Of a DNA stretch of 64,000 nt, positions 27,286-35,091 are shown piece by piece. The notes beneath the pieces were generated by a model, which did not search any database, was not told where the DNA came from, and worked only from the letters and a program-made list of their open reading frames with translations. The DNA lies in NCBI GenBank assembly GCA_963789905.1, contig CAWBMK010000007.1, positions 72,747 through 136,746 on the forward strand. The letters run 5' to 3'. Source of the DNA: an uncultured Chloroflexia bacterium. GTDB lineage: Bacteria; Chloroflexota; Limnocylindria; Limnocylindrales; CSP1-4. Made by a program: the position numbers and the translations under genes. Each line of letters begins with the position of its first letter. Positions within the stretch are counted from its first letter, which is position 1.

Positions 27286-29199
27286 TCAGGCGACAGGTGT
27301 CGAGAGCTTCTCGATGCGGATGGCGGTCGCCTTGAACTCGGCCGTTCCCGACTTCGGGTCGGTGGCGTCGATCGTCAGGAGGTTCGTCGCCACGTCGTCC
27401 TGGAAGTGCAGGGTCATGAATGTGAGACCTGGCCGCAGGGATTCATCGATCCTGATGGGGACATTCAGCTCGCCCCGGCGTGAGCGGACATGAACGACCT
27501 CCCCGTCGCTGAGGTCATACGTCAGCGCGTCCTCGGGGCTGATGTCGAGCGATTCGCCTCGCCGCAGCGGCGATGTGTAGCCGGCCGTCTGGACGCCGGT
27601 GTTGAAGGAGTCGAGTCGCCGGCCGGTGGTGAGGCGGATCGGGAACTCGTCGGTCAGCCGATCGACCGGCGGATCGTGTTCGACGGGCATGAACGGTGCC
27701 GGAGCGCCGACGCGCGGTTGTGCCCACAGCCGGGAGTGGATGTACAGCTCGCCCGGGTGGGTCTCGTCCCAGCACGGCCAATGGATGCCGCCGAGCTCGT
27801 CGAGGCGTCGGTAGCTCATCCCGGCGTGGACCGGGGAGAGCGATCGGACCTCGTCCCAGACCCTTTCTGCGACCGGCTCGCCCCAGTCGTGGCCCATCCG
27901 GCGGGCGACCTCGAACACGATCCAGAGGTCATCGCGTGCCTCGCCCGGCGGGTCGATCGCCTTGCGCACCCGCTGGACCCGTCGCTCGCTGCTGGTCACC
28001 GTCCCCTCGGTCTCGGCGAACGAGGCTGCCGACGGCAGGACGACATCGGCCAGCGCGGCCGTCTTGGTCAGGAACAGGTCCTGGACGACGAGGGCCTCGA
28101 GACCGCCAAGGAGCTCGATTGCCGTGGCCTGGTCCGCCTCCGACTGGACCGGGTTCTCGCCGACGCAGTAGATCGCCCGGACCTCGCCGGTCTGCATGCC
28201 GTGGAACATCGCCGATAACGAGCGACCCCGGCGCGGCGGGATCGTCACGCCCCAGGCCGCCTCGAATTTCGCTCGCGCGGCGTCGTTCTCGACGTGCTGG
28301 AAGCCGGGCAGCCGGTCTGGCAGGGCGCCCATGTCGCCGCCCCCCTGGACGTTGTTCTGGCCGCGCAGCGGCTGCAGACCGCTTCCGTAGCGGCCGACGT
28401 GACCGGTCAGCAGCGACAACGAGATCAGGGCCAGGACGTTGTCGACCGCGTTGTGATGCTCGGTGATGCCCAGGGTCCAGCAGAGCTGGGCGGACTTGGC
28501 CGTCGCATACGCGTGCGCCAACTGGCGGATCGCTTCAGCGGGCACGCCCGTCTCGCGCTCCGCGTACTCAAGGGTGTACTTCTCGACGCCCTGGCGGTAG
28601 AGGTCGAAGCCGATCGTCGCGTTGTCGATGAACGCCCGGTTCTCGAGGCCGGCGGCGATGATCTCGCGGCCCACCGCGTTGGCCAGGGCGATGTCCGAAC
28701 CCACGTCCAGGCCGAGCCACAGGTCGGCCCACTCCGCGCTTGCCGTCCGGCGCGGATCGACCGCATACAGGCGAGCCCCGTTGTGGATCCCCTTGAGGAC
28801 ATGGTGGAAGAAGATGGGGTGAGCTTCGCGAGCGTTGCTACCCCACAAGATGATGAGGTCGGTCTCCTCGACCTCCCGGTATGAGCTGGTCCCGCCGCCA
28901 GCCCCGAACACGGTCGCCAGACCGGCGACAGAGGGTGCGTGTCAGGTGCGGTTGCAGCTGTCGATGTTGTTGCTGCCGATGACCGCGCGGCCGAACTTCT
29001 GCGTCGCGAAGTTCAGCTCGTTGGTGGCCTTCGAGCAGCTGAAGAGCCCGAACGCTCCGGGTCCGTGCCGGTCCACGACGCTCGAGAAGAGCTCCGCGGT
29101 CCGGTCCAGGGCCTCGGCCCAGCTCGCCCGCCGGAGATCGCCGGTCTTGCCGCCGACTCTGACGAGCGGGTGGGTGAGTCGGGCATAGGCCTGTGCCAT
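27286..29199 (-). CDS. fdhA: Formate dehydrogenase alpha subunit, catalytic molybdopterin (MopB) portion; selenocysteine-containing (in-frame TGA at 28942-28944)
   Basis: Two ORF-track entries (28942..29670 and 27286..28911) are in the same frame, separated only by TGA. Reading through gives ...GSNNIDSCNRT-U-HAPSVAGLATVFGAGGG..., matching E. coli FdhF ...GTNNVDCCARV-U-HGPSVAGL. Start at MAQAYARLTHPLV (ATG 29197-29199, GAGGA RBS). Confidence 0.85.
28913..28929 (-). other. SECIS-like hairpin downstream of the Sec UGA
   Basis: mRNA GUCGCC-GGUCU-GGCGAC is a perfect 6-bp stem with a GGUC-containing apical loop, starting 12 nt after the UGA, as in E. coli fdhF. Confidence 0.5.
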
Positions 29200-29322
29200 G
29201 CTCGATCCTCGACTCGATGGCGATGTGTACGCCACGCTCCCGAGTGTATCTCCGGGTTGTGGCATACGATATTGGCCCGCACCCGCGCGCTTCGAGCACC
29301 AACGGAACCAGGAAGGTCGGAC

Positions 29323-29574
29323 ATGCCGCTCTACCTCGATACACATCACCACGTCGAGGGCCTGACAGCCGAGGCGGTCGCCGGTGCCCATGCCGCCGAT
29401 CTCGGAGTCCAGGGGAAATACGACGTGCGCTACCTGCGGTACTGGTTCGATGAGGCGACCGGCAAGGTCTTCTGCCTCGTCGAGGCGCCCTCCGCGGAAG
29501 CTGCCATCCAGGTCCATCGCGAGGCTCACGGCCTCCTGGCGGACGAGATCACCGAGGTCAGAGAGGGGATCTGA
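29323..29574 (+). CDS. DUF4242 (SCO4226-like) small protein
   Basis: 83 aa MPLYLDTHHHVEGLTAEAVAGAHAADL...RYLRYWFDEATGKVFCLVEAPSAEAA. ATG 29323 with a GGAAGG RBS. Divergent from fdhA. Confidence 0.6.
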   Translation: MPLYLDTHHHVEGLTAEAVAGAHAADLGVQGKYDVRYLRYWFDEATGKVFCLVEAPSAEAAIQVHREAHGLLADEITEVREGI

Positions 29575-32332
29575 CCTCCAGGTCGACCGCGGGCGCGAGA
29601 AGGGCGATCGCCTCATCGAGCCCGGTCGACAGTCCGCCCTCCCAGGCAACGCCGAATGCCGCCGCGCCAAGGCTCTCGGTGAGGTCGGCGACTAGCCGAT
29701 CGTGTTCGGCCCGCGCGCCGACCTGGCGGGTTGCGCCGATCTCGAGGCGAAGCGCCTCGGCCGCGCCGAGGAGTCGTGCAGCCAGTCGCGGGTCAGTGGC
29801 CGCCACCGTTATCGCCAGTCGCTCGAGCGCCCTGACCGAGCCGGGTTTGTCGCCCAGCGTGCGCCGCATCTCGAGGCCCTCGCGATGCAGGGCGATCGCC
29901 TGTGTCGTCTCGCCGCGACTTGCCTCCGCATCGGCCAGGAGCATGAGCATCCGAGCGACACCGCGGCCGTCACCGATCGACCTATAGAGCGTCAGCGCTC
30001 GGGTGAGGATCTCTTCAGCCGCCGCAGGATCGCCGCTCGCGTGGACTGTCGCCCCCTGTTGGCCAAGGGCGTGCGCCTCGCCCCAGATGTCGCCCTCAGC
30101 ACGGAAGATCTCGGCCGCCTCCTCGAACGACCGAAACGCGCCCTCGTGGTCGCCCCGTCCCTCGGCAACACTGGCGAGATTCATGAGCTGGAAGGCCACG
30201 CCACGCCAATCGGACACCGACCGGGCGAGAGCGAGACCTTCCTCGTACAGCGCGACGGCGCGTTCCGAGTCGCCTTGCTGGACGCACAGGCTCGCAAGAT
30301 TGCTGAGGGCGGACGCGATGGCCAGGGGATTGCCGATCGCGCGCTGGGTGTCGACGCAGCGCTCCAGATAACGCATCGCCCCCTGTGGGTCGCCCCGCAG
30401 CCCCGCGATGACGGCCGCTCCCGTCAGTGCCGTGGCCCGCACCTCGCTGGCATCGCCCGCGTCGGCTTCCACTGCCCTGGCAAGCCAGGTGCTCGCTTCG
30501 GCGAGGGCGCCCCGGATCTCCCAATAGCGCCACAGGCCGGCCGCCATTCGAACCAGCGCATCACCCGACGATGGGTCAGACGCGCTCCAGTCGAGCGCCG
30601 CCCCGAGATTGGCACGCTCGCGATCGAACAAAGCGATCCACTCGGTCGGATCTGAGCCCCGGAAGAAGTCCGGCTTCGCTCGTTCGACGAGCGCGACGTA
30701 CCAGTCGCGGTGCCGACTCTGCGCCTCGCCGGCCTCCTCGCTCTCGACGAGCTTCTCGCGGGCGTATTCCCGAACAGTCTCGAGGAGTCGGTATCGGCCG
30801 CCGCCGCTCTCGACGTCAAGGATGACGAGCGACTTGTCGACAAGCCTGGACAGCAGATCCAGCACCTCGTGCGACTCGATGTCGGCGCCTCGACAGACGG
30901 CCTCGGCAGCTTCGAGCGTGAACGAACCCGCGAAAACGGCAAGCCGGCGCAGGATCGCCTTCTCCTGATCCGTCAGCAGGTCGTGGCTCCAATCCATGGC
31001 GGCACGGAGCGTTTGCTGGCGCTGAAGCGCGATCCTGCTGCCTCCGGTCAGGAGGCGGAACCGGTCATCCAGCCGGGCTGCGATCTGGTCGACGGGCATC
31101 GAGCGCACCCGAGCCGCCGCAAGCTCGAGCGCCAACGGGATGCCATCGAGGCTGCGGCAGATGCGCACGACGGCCGACGCACTCCGTTGGTCGATGGTGA
31201 ACGTGGGGTCGACGACCCGGGCACGATCGGCGAACAGGGCGACGGCCTCGTAGGTGAGCAGATTTCCGCTTGGCTGCCGGTCTGCGGCGTCAGGCAGCGA
31301 TAGCGACGGGACCCGATAGATCGTCTCGCCTGGGATGCCGAACGCCTCGCGGCTGGTGGCGATGATGCGGAGGTTCGGGCAGCCGCGCAGGAGCGCGTCG
31401 GCCAGCCGGGCCGCGGCGTCGACGAGGTGCTCGCAGTCGTCGAGGACGAGGAGGGTCGTCCGCGGCCGAAGATGGCTGAGGATCGAATTGATCGGCGCCG
31501 CGCCCGGTGGAGTGGCGATGCCAACGCTCGTCGCTACAGCTTGGGGGACGAGGCTCGGGTCGGTGATCGTGCCGAGCTCGACGACCCACACGCCATCCTG
31601 ATAGCGGTCGAGAAGATCGGCCGCCACATGTAGCGCCAGCCTCGTCTTCCCGATACCACCGGCTCCGGTCAGGGTCAGCATGGGCGACCCGGCAAGGAGC
31701 TCCCGGACCTGCACGGTCTCGGCGTCCCGGCCGACGAACCTCGTCAGGAGGCGTGGCAGATTGTTGGGAAGGGTGTCGAGTGACCGAAGGACGGGGAAGT
31801 CTTCGCGAAGTCCGTCTGCGGCGACCTGGTAGAGATGCTCGGGCCTGGCCAGGTCCTTGAGCCTGTGCTCGCCGAGGTCGATGAGTCGGACGCCATCCGG
31901 CACCCCGTGCCTGATGAGCTCGGCCGTCGTCTGGGAGATCAGGATCTGGCCTCCGTGACCCGCGGCCGCGATGCGCGCCGCTCGGTGGACGTCGATGCCG
32001 ACGTAGCCCGCAGCCGCCGTCTGCGGCTCGCCGGTATGGATACCCATCCGAACCAGGATCCTGACGTCGTCGGGCCAGGTGTGGGTTGCAACCGAACGTT
32101 GGGCCTCGAGCGTCGCCTCGAGAGCCGAGCGGGCACTCGCGAACGAATAGAAGAACCCGTCGCCGGCGACGTCGATCTCGCTCCCCTCATGGGCCCGGAA
32201 TGCCTGGCGCAGCAGGCGATTGTGGTCGTCGACGACTGCAGGCCAGCGATCCTTGAGGGCCGCCACGAGGGTCGTCGAGCCCTCGATGTCCGTGAAGAGA
32301 AACGTCACCGTCCCTTGGGAGTGGTCGGTCAT
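29558..32332 (-). CDS. Adenylate/guanylate cyclase domain - P-loop NTPase (NB-ARC/AAA) - TPR multi-domain regulator
   Basis: N-terminal class III cyclase motifs (VTFLFTDIEGST...GDGFFYSF). Then a Walker A GAGGIGKTRLA and C-terminal TPR repeats. ATG at 32330-32332 overlaps the selD stop. Confidence 0.8.
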   Translation of the reverse strand: MTDHSQGTVTFLFTDIEGSTTLVAALKDRWPAVVDDHNRLLRQAFRAHEGSEIDVAGDGFFYSFASARSALEATLEAQRSVATHTWPDDVRILVRMGIHTGEPQTAAAGYVGIDVHRAARIAAAGHGGQILISQTTAELIRHGVPDGVRLIDLGEHRLKDLARPEHLYQVAADGLREDFPVLRSLDTLPNNLPRLLTRFVGRDAETVQVRELLAGSPMLTLTGAGGIGKTRLALHVAADLLDRYQDGVWVVELGTITDPSLVPQAVATSVGIATPPGAAPINSILSHLRPRTTLLVLDDCEHLVDAAARLADALLRGCPNLRIIATSREAFGIPGETIYRVPSLSLPDAADRQPSGNLLTYEAVALFADRARVVDPTFTIDQRSASAVVRICRSLDGIPLALELAAARVRSMPVDQIAARLDDRFRLLTGGSRIALQRQQTLRAAMDWSHDLLTDQEKAILRRLAVFAGSFTLEAAEAVCRGADIESHEVLDLLSRLVDKSLVILDVESGGGRYRLLETVREYAREKLVESEEAGEAQSRHRDWYVALVERAKPDFFRGSDPTEWIALFDRERANLGAALDWSASDPSSGDALVRMAAGLWRYWEIRGALAEASTWLARAVEADAGDASEVRATALTGAAVIAGLRGDPQGAMRYLERCVDTQRAIGNPLAIASALSNLASLCVQQGDSERAVALYEEGLALARSVSDWRGVAFQLMNLASVAEGRGDHEGAFRSFEEAAEIFRAEGDIWGEAHALGQQGATVHASGDPAAAEEILTRALTLYRSIGDGRGVARMLMLLADAEASRGETTQAIALHREGLEMRRTLGDKPGSVRALERLAITVAATDPRLAARLLGAAEALRLEIGATRQVGARAEHDRLVADLTESLGAAAFGVAWEGGLSTGLDEAIALLAPAVDLEVRSPL

Positions 32333-33423
32333 CTCGTTGCCGCGATCAGGGCGATCCCTCGGCCGGTCTCGACGTGGCCGATCCACCAATGAGAGACGCC
32401 GCGGAAGGTGAGGTCCTGTCCAACGGCGTCGGCCGCGTCCTCCGGGACGGCCGCAAGGAGGCCGCCCGAGGTCTGCGGGTCGTGGGCGAGGACGACGCGT
32501 TCGGGGGGGACGTCCCGGTCGATCGTCACCGCATCGGCCACGGACCGGCGGTTATGGGCGGCACCCCCGGTCTCGACGCCGGCCCGCGCGTTGTCGAGCG
32601 CGCCGGCGAGGGCTGGCAGGCCGTCCGCCTCGATGACGAAGCGCGTCCGATTTCCGGCGCCGGCGTCGGTCCGGATCATCTCGGCGGCGTGGCCGAGCAG
32701 CCCGAAGCCGGTGACGTCGGTCGCGGCCCGGACGCCATGGGCCACGAGCACCTCCGAGGCCGCCCGGTTGAGGCGACGCATGGACTCGATGGCCCCGTCG
32801 AGGTCCTCGTCGGAGGTTCGACCCTGGCGCCGTCCGCTCACGAGGACGCCCGTGCCCAGGGGTTTCGTGAGCAGCAGGCGGTCTCCCGGTCGCGCGCCAC
32901 CCTTGCGCAGCAGACGGTCCGGATGGCCGGCGCCGACGACCGCCAAACCGTATTTTGGCTCCGGATCGCGGATCGTATGGCCACCGGCCAGGGTGCCCCC
33001 AGCCTCGCGGACGACGGAGGCCGCGCCATCGAAGATCGCGGCCATGGTCTCCCGGGGCAGATCCTCGGGCAGGGCGGCGATCGACAACGCGAACAGGACG
33101 CGGCCGCCCATGGCAAATATGTCGCTAACGGCGTTAGCCGCGGCGATCTCACCAAACGTCCGAGGGTCGTCGACGAGCGGTGGGAAGAAGTCGAGCGTCC
33201 CGATGATCGCCAGGTCGTCCGAGATGCGGTAGGCGGCGCCGTCATCGGGCGGATCCAGCCCGGCGATCATGTTTCGATCGCGATTCTCCCTATTCGTCGC
33301 ACCGAGCCCGGCGAGGGCCTCCGCGAGCAGATCGGCACCGAGCTTGGCCGCACATCCGCCGCAGTCCGTCAGGTCGGTGAGGCGGATGTCGATCGGTGTT
33401 GCGGGAGGCTCGAGCCGTGTCAT
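32329..33423 (-). CDS. selD: Selenide, water dikinase (selenophosphate synthetase), Cys-type
   Basis: IRLTDLTDCGGCAAKLGADLL...AISDIFAMGG...MTDVTGFGLLGH...DPQTSGGLL aligns along its full length with E. coli SelD. There is a Cys (not Sec) at the active-site position. Confidence 0.9.
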   Translation of the reverse strand: MTRLEPPATPIDIRLTDLTDCGGCAAKLGADLLAEALAGLGATNRENRDRNMIAGLDPPDDGAAYRISDDLAIIGTLDFFPPLVDDPRTFGEIAAANAVSDIFAMGGRVLFALSIAALPEDLPRETMAAIFDGAASVVREAGGTLAGGHTIRDPEPKYGLAVVGAGHPDRLLRKGGARPGDRLLLTKPLGTGVLVSGRRQGRTSDEDLDGAIESMRRLNRAASEVLVAHGVRAATDVTGFGLLGHAAEMIRTDAGAGNRTRFVIEADGLPALAGALDNARAGVETGGAAHNRRSVADAVTIDRDVPPERVVLAHDPQTSGGLLAAVPEDAADAVGQDLTFRGVSHWWIGHVETGRGIALIAATR

Positions 33424-33462
33424 GAGCCGCGATGATAGTGCGCCCGGCTATCCTCGAGGGTC

Positions 33463-34284
33463 ATGAGCATCGGGCGCACTGCGACAGGCATCGTCTTCGA
33501 GGTCGCCGGCCCGCCCACCCTCGAGGTCGCGCCCGTCGTTCTCCTCCATGCCGGCGTCGCCGATCGACGGATGTGGGACGTCGTGTGGGGCGATCTGACG
33601 ATGGATCGGCCGATCCTTCGGCTCGACCTCCGGGGTTTTGGTGAGTCGATAGCGAAGCCGGTGGGCCTGCTCCTCCATCACGCCGACGTGCTGGCGACGA
33701 TGGATTCCCTCGACATCCAACACGCTCACGTCGTGGGAGCGTCGATGGGAGCGGGCGTCGCGGTCGAGCTGGCGCTGGCGGCTCCAGACCGGGTCGTGTC
33801 TCTGCTGCTCGTCGGCCCGGGTGGCTCGCTCATCGAGCATCCGTCCGAATGGCTCAGTGCGGCCTGGCGGGCCGAGGTCGATGCCCTCGACGTGGGTGAC
33901 ACCGATGCCGCCGTGGAGGTCAACCTGCGGGCCTGGGTCGATGGGCCGGCGCGCGAGGCTCGCGAGGTCGACCCCGACGTCAGGGCATTCGTCGGCGAGA
34001 TGCAACGGCGCATCTTCGAGGTCACCGCGGACTGGGATGACGTCGAGGAAGACGAGCTCGATCCGGCGGCCGTCGACCGTCTCGCCGACATCGCCGCGCC
34101 CACGCTCGTCCTCGTAGGCGACGGCGACGTCGATACGATCCTCGAAGTCGCGGAGCGGGCGGCCGAGGAGATCCCCAATGTCCGCCTGGTGCGCTGGCCG
34201 GTCGTCGCCCACATGGCGTCGATGGAGCGCGCCGAGGAGTTCGTGAGCCTCGCCCGGGACTGGTTCGCGGCCAACGACAGCTGA
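33463..34284 (+). CDS. Alpha/beta hydrolase fold protein
   Basis: VVLLHAGVADRRMWD...GASMGAG nucleophile elbow. 273 aa. Confidence 0.7.
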   Translation: MSIGRTATGIVFEVAGPPTLEVAPVVLLHAGVADRRMWDVVWGDLTMDRPILRLDLRGFGESIAKPVGLLLHHADVLATMDSLDIQHAHVVGASMGAGVAVELALAAPDRVVSLLLVGPGGSLIEHPSEWLSAAWRAEVDALDVGDTDAAVEVNLRAWVDGPAREAREVDPDVRAFVGEMQRRIFEVTADWDDVEEDELDPAAVDRLADIAAPTLVLVGDGDVDTILEVAERAAEEIPNVRLVRWPVVAHMASMERAEEFVSLARDWFAANDS

Positions 34285-34317
34285 GGGCCGCAAAGCCCCG
34301 GCGATACCATCGCCGGC

Positions 34318-34414
34318 GGGAGCGGAGGGGTCCCGGTGGGTCCCCCGGTCTTCAAAACCGGTGACGCCGCGCTCGGCGTGGCGTGGTGGGTTCGACTCCC
34401 ATGCGCTCCCGCCA
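34318..34414 (+). tRNA. selC: tRNA-Sec (anticodon UCA)
   Basis: 97 nt with an acceptor stem GGGAGCG/CGCUCCC. The D arm is a 6-bp stem GGGUCC/GGGUCC (two G-U pairs) with a 4-nt loop CGGU, the tRNA-Sec hallmark. Anticodon arm CCGGU-CUUCAAA-ACCGG with UCA at 34352-34354. Long variable arm ACGCCG-CGCU-CGGCGU. T arm GUGGG-UUCGACU-CCCAU. Discriminator G and encoded CCA. Confidence 0.75.
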
Positions 34415-34512
34415 CGCGTCCCCTTGCGATCGAAGCACGGACGCAGGGTGACGCCGTCTCTATCGAGGGCTAGGCCCGACTACCCGCGACGCGGCCGGTC
34501 GGGGACGGCTGC

Positions 34513-34541
34513 TATAGTAGTCACCTAGGTAGTCACTGGAG
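34513..34541 (+). promoter_or_regulatory. Putative promoter/operator of the antitoxin-toxin operon
   Basis: TATAGT (-10-like) immediately followed by the direct repeat TAGTCACC-TAGG-TAGTCACT, then a GGAG RBS and ATG 34542. Confidence 0.35.
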
Positions 34542-34784
34542 ATGGCCGTGGCAGAGATCGGTATCAAGGAGCTCAAGGCCTTCGCTTCAGCGGTGATCGA
34601 GGACGTCGAGGGCGGCACCGCCTACGTCGTGACGAAGCGAGGACGCCCGGCGGCGGTACTTCTTCCGATCGACGAGGCTGAGGATCTCGTCCTCGCCAAC
34701 GCCGACGCGTACATCCGGATTCGCCGGCAAGGCCGGGCAGCCTACGCCAAGCGCCGGACGATCCCCCTGAGTGAGCTCGGCTGA
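34542..34784 (+). CDS. Type II antitoxin, Phd/YefM family
   Basis: 80 aa MAVAEIGIKELKAFASAVIEDVEGGTAYVVTKRGRPAAVLLPIDEAE, the Phd/YefM fold signature. Confidence 0.75.
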   Translation: MAVAEIGIKELKAFASAVIEDVEGGTAYVVTKRGRPAAVLLPIDEAEDLVLANADAYIRIRRQGRAAYAKRRTIPLSELG

Positions 34785-35076
34785 CGCTCCGTACGACGTC
34801 CAACTGGCGCCGGCGGCCGTTCGTGCGTTCCTGAAGCTCACGGCGATCGATCGAGGCCGGATCCGGCAGGCGCTCGAGGCCCTGGCCGGCACCGCCACCA
34901 GGAAAGGTCGCGGCGGGAAGGCAATCAAGACGATCCGGGGGACCGGCGATCGGTTTCACCGCCTCCGCGTCGGCGACTTTCGAATCATGTACGACCTCGT
35001 TGCCGAGGATCGAGTGGTACTCGTGTTGGGAATCGTCCACCGCTCCGACCTCGACCGCTGGCTCCGGAACCGCTGA
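34771..35076 (+). CDS. Type II toxin, RelE/ParE family
   Basis: GTG start overlapping the antitoxin 3' end. C-terminal RIMYDLVAEDRVVLVLGIVHRSD is typical of ParE/RelE. Confidence 0.7.
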   Translation: MSSADAPYDVQLAPAAVRAFLKLTAIDRGRIRQALEALAGTATRKGRGGKAIKTIRGTGDRFHRLRVGDFRIMYDLVAEDRVVLVLGIVHRSDLDRWLRNR

Positions 35077-35091
35077 TGCCTGATCTGGGCT

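Noticed and set aside
28942-29670. Listed 242-aa ORF treated as an independent gene
   Set aside because: Only its last ~85 residues are protein-like (FDH alpha). The stop is the Sec UGA, and the real start is the internal ATG at 29199. The upstream 157 codons are Arg-rich non-coding.
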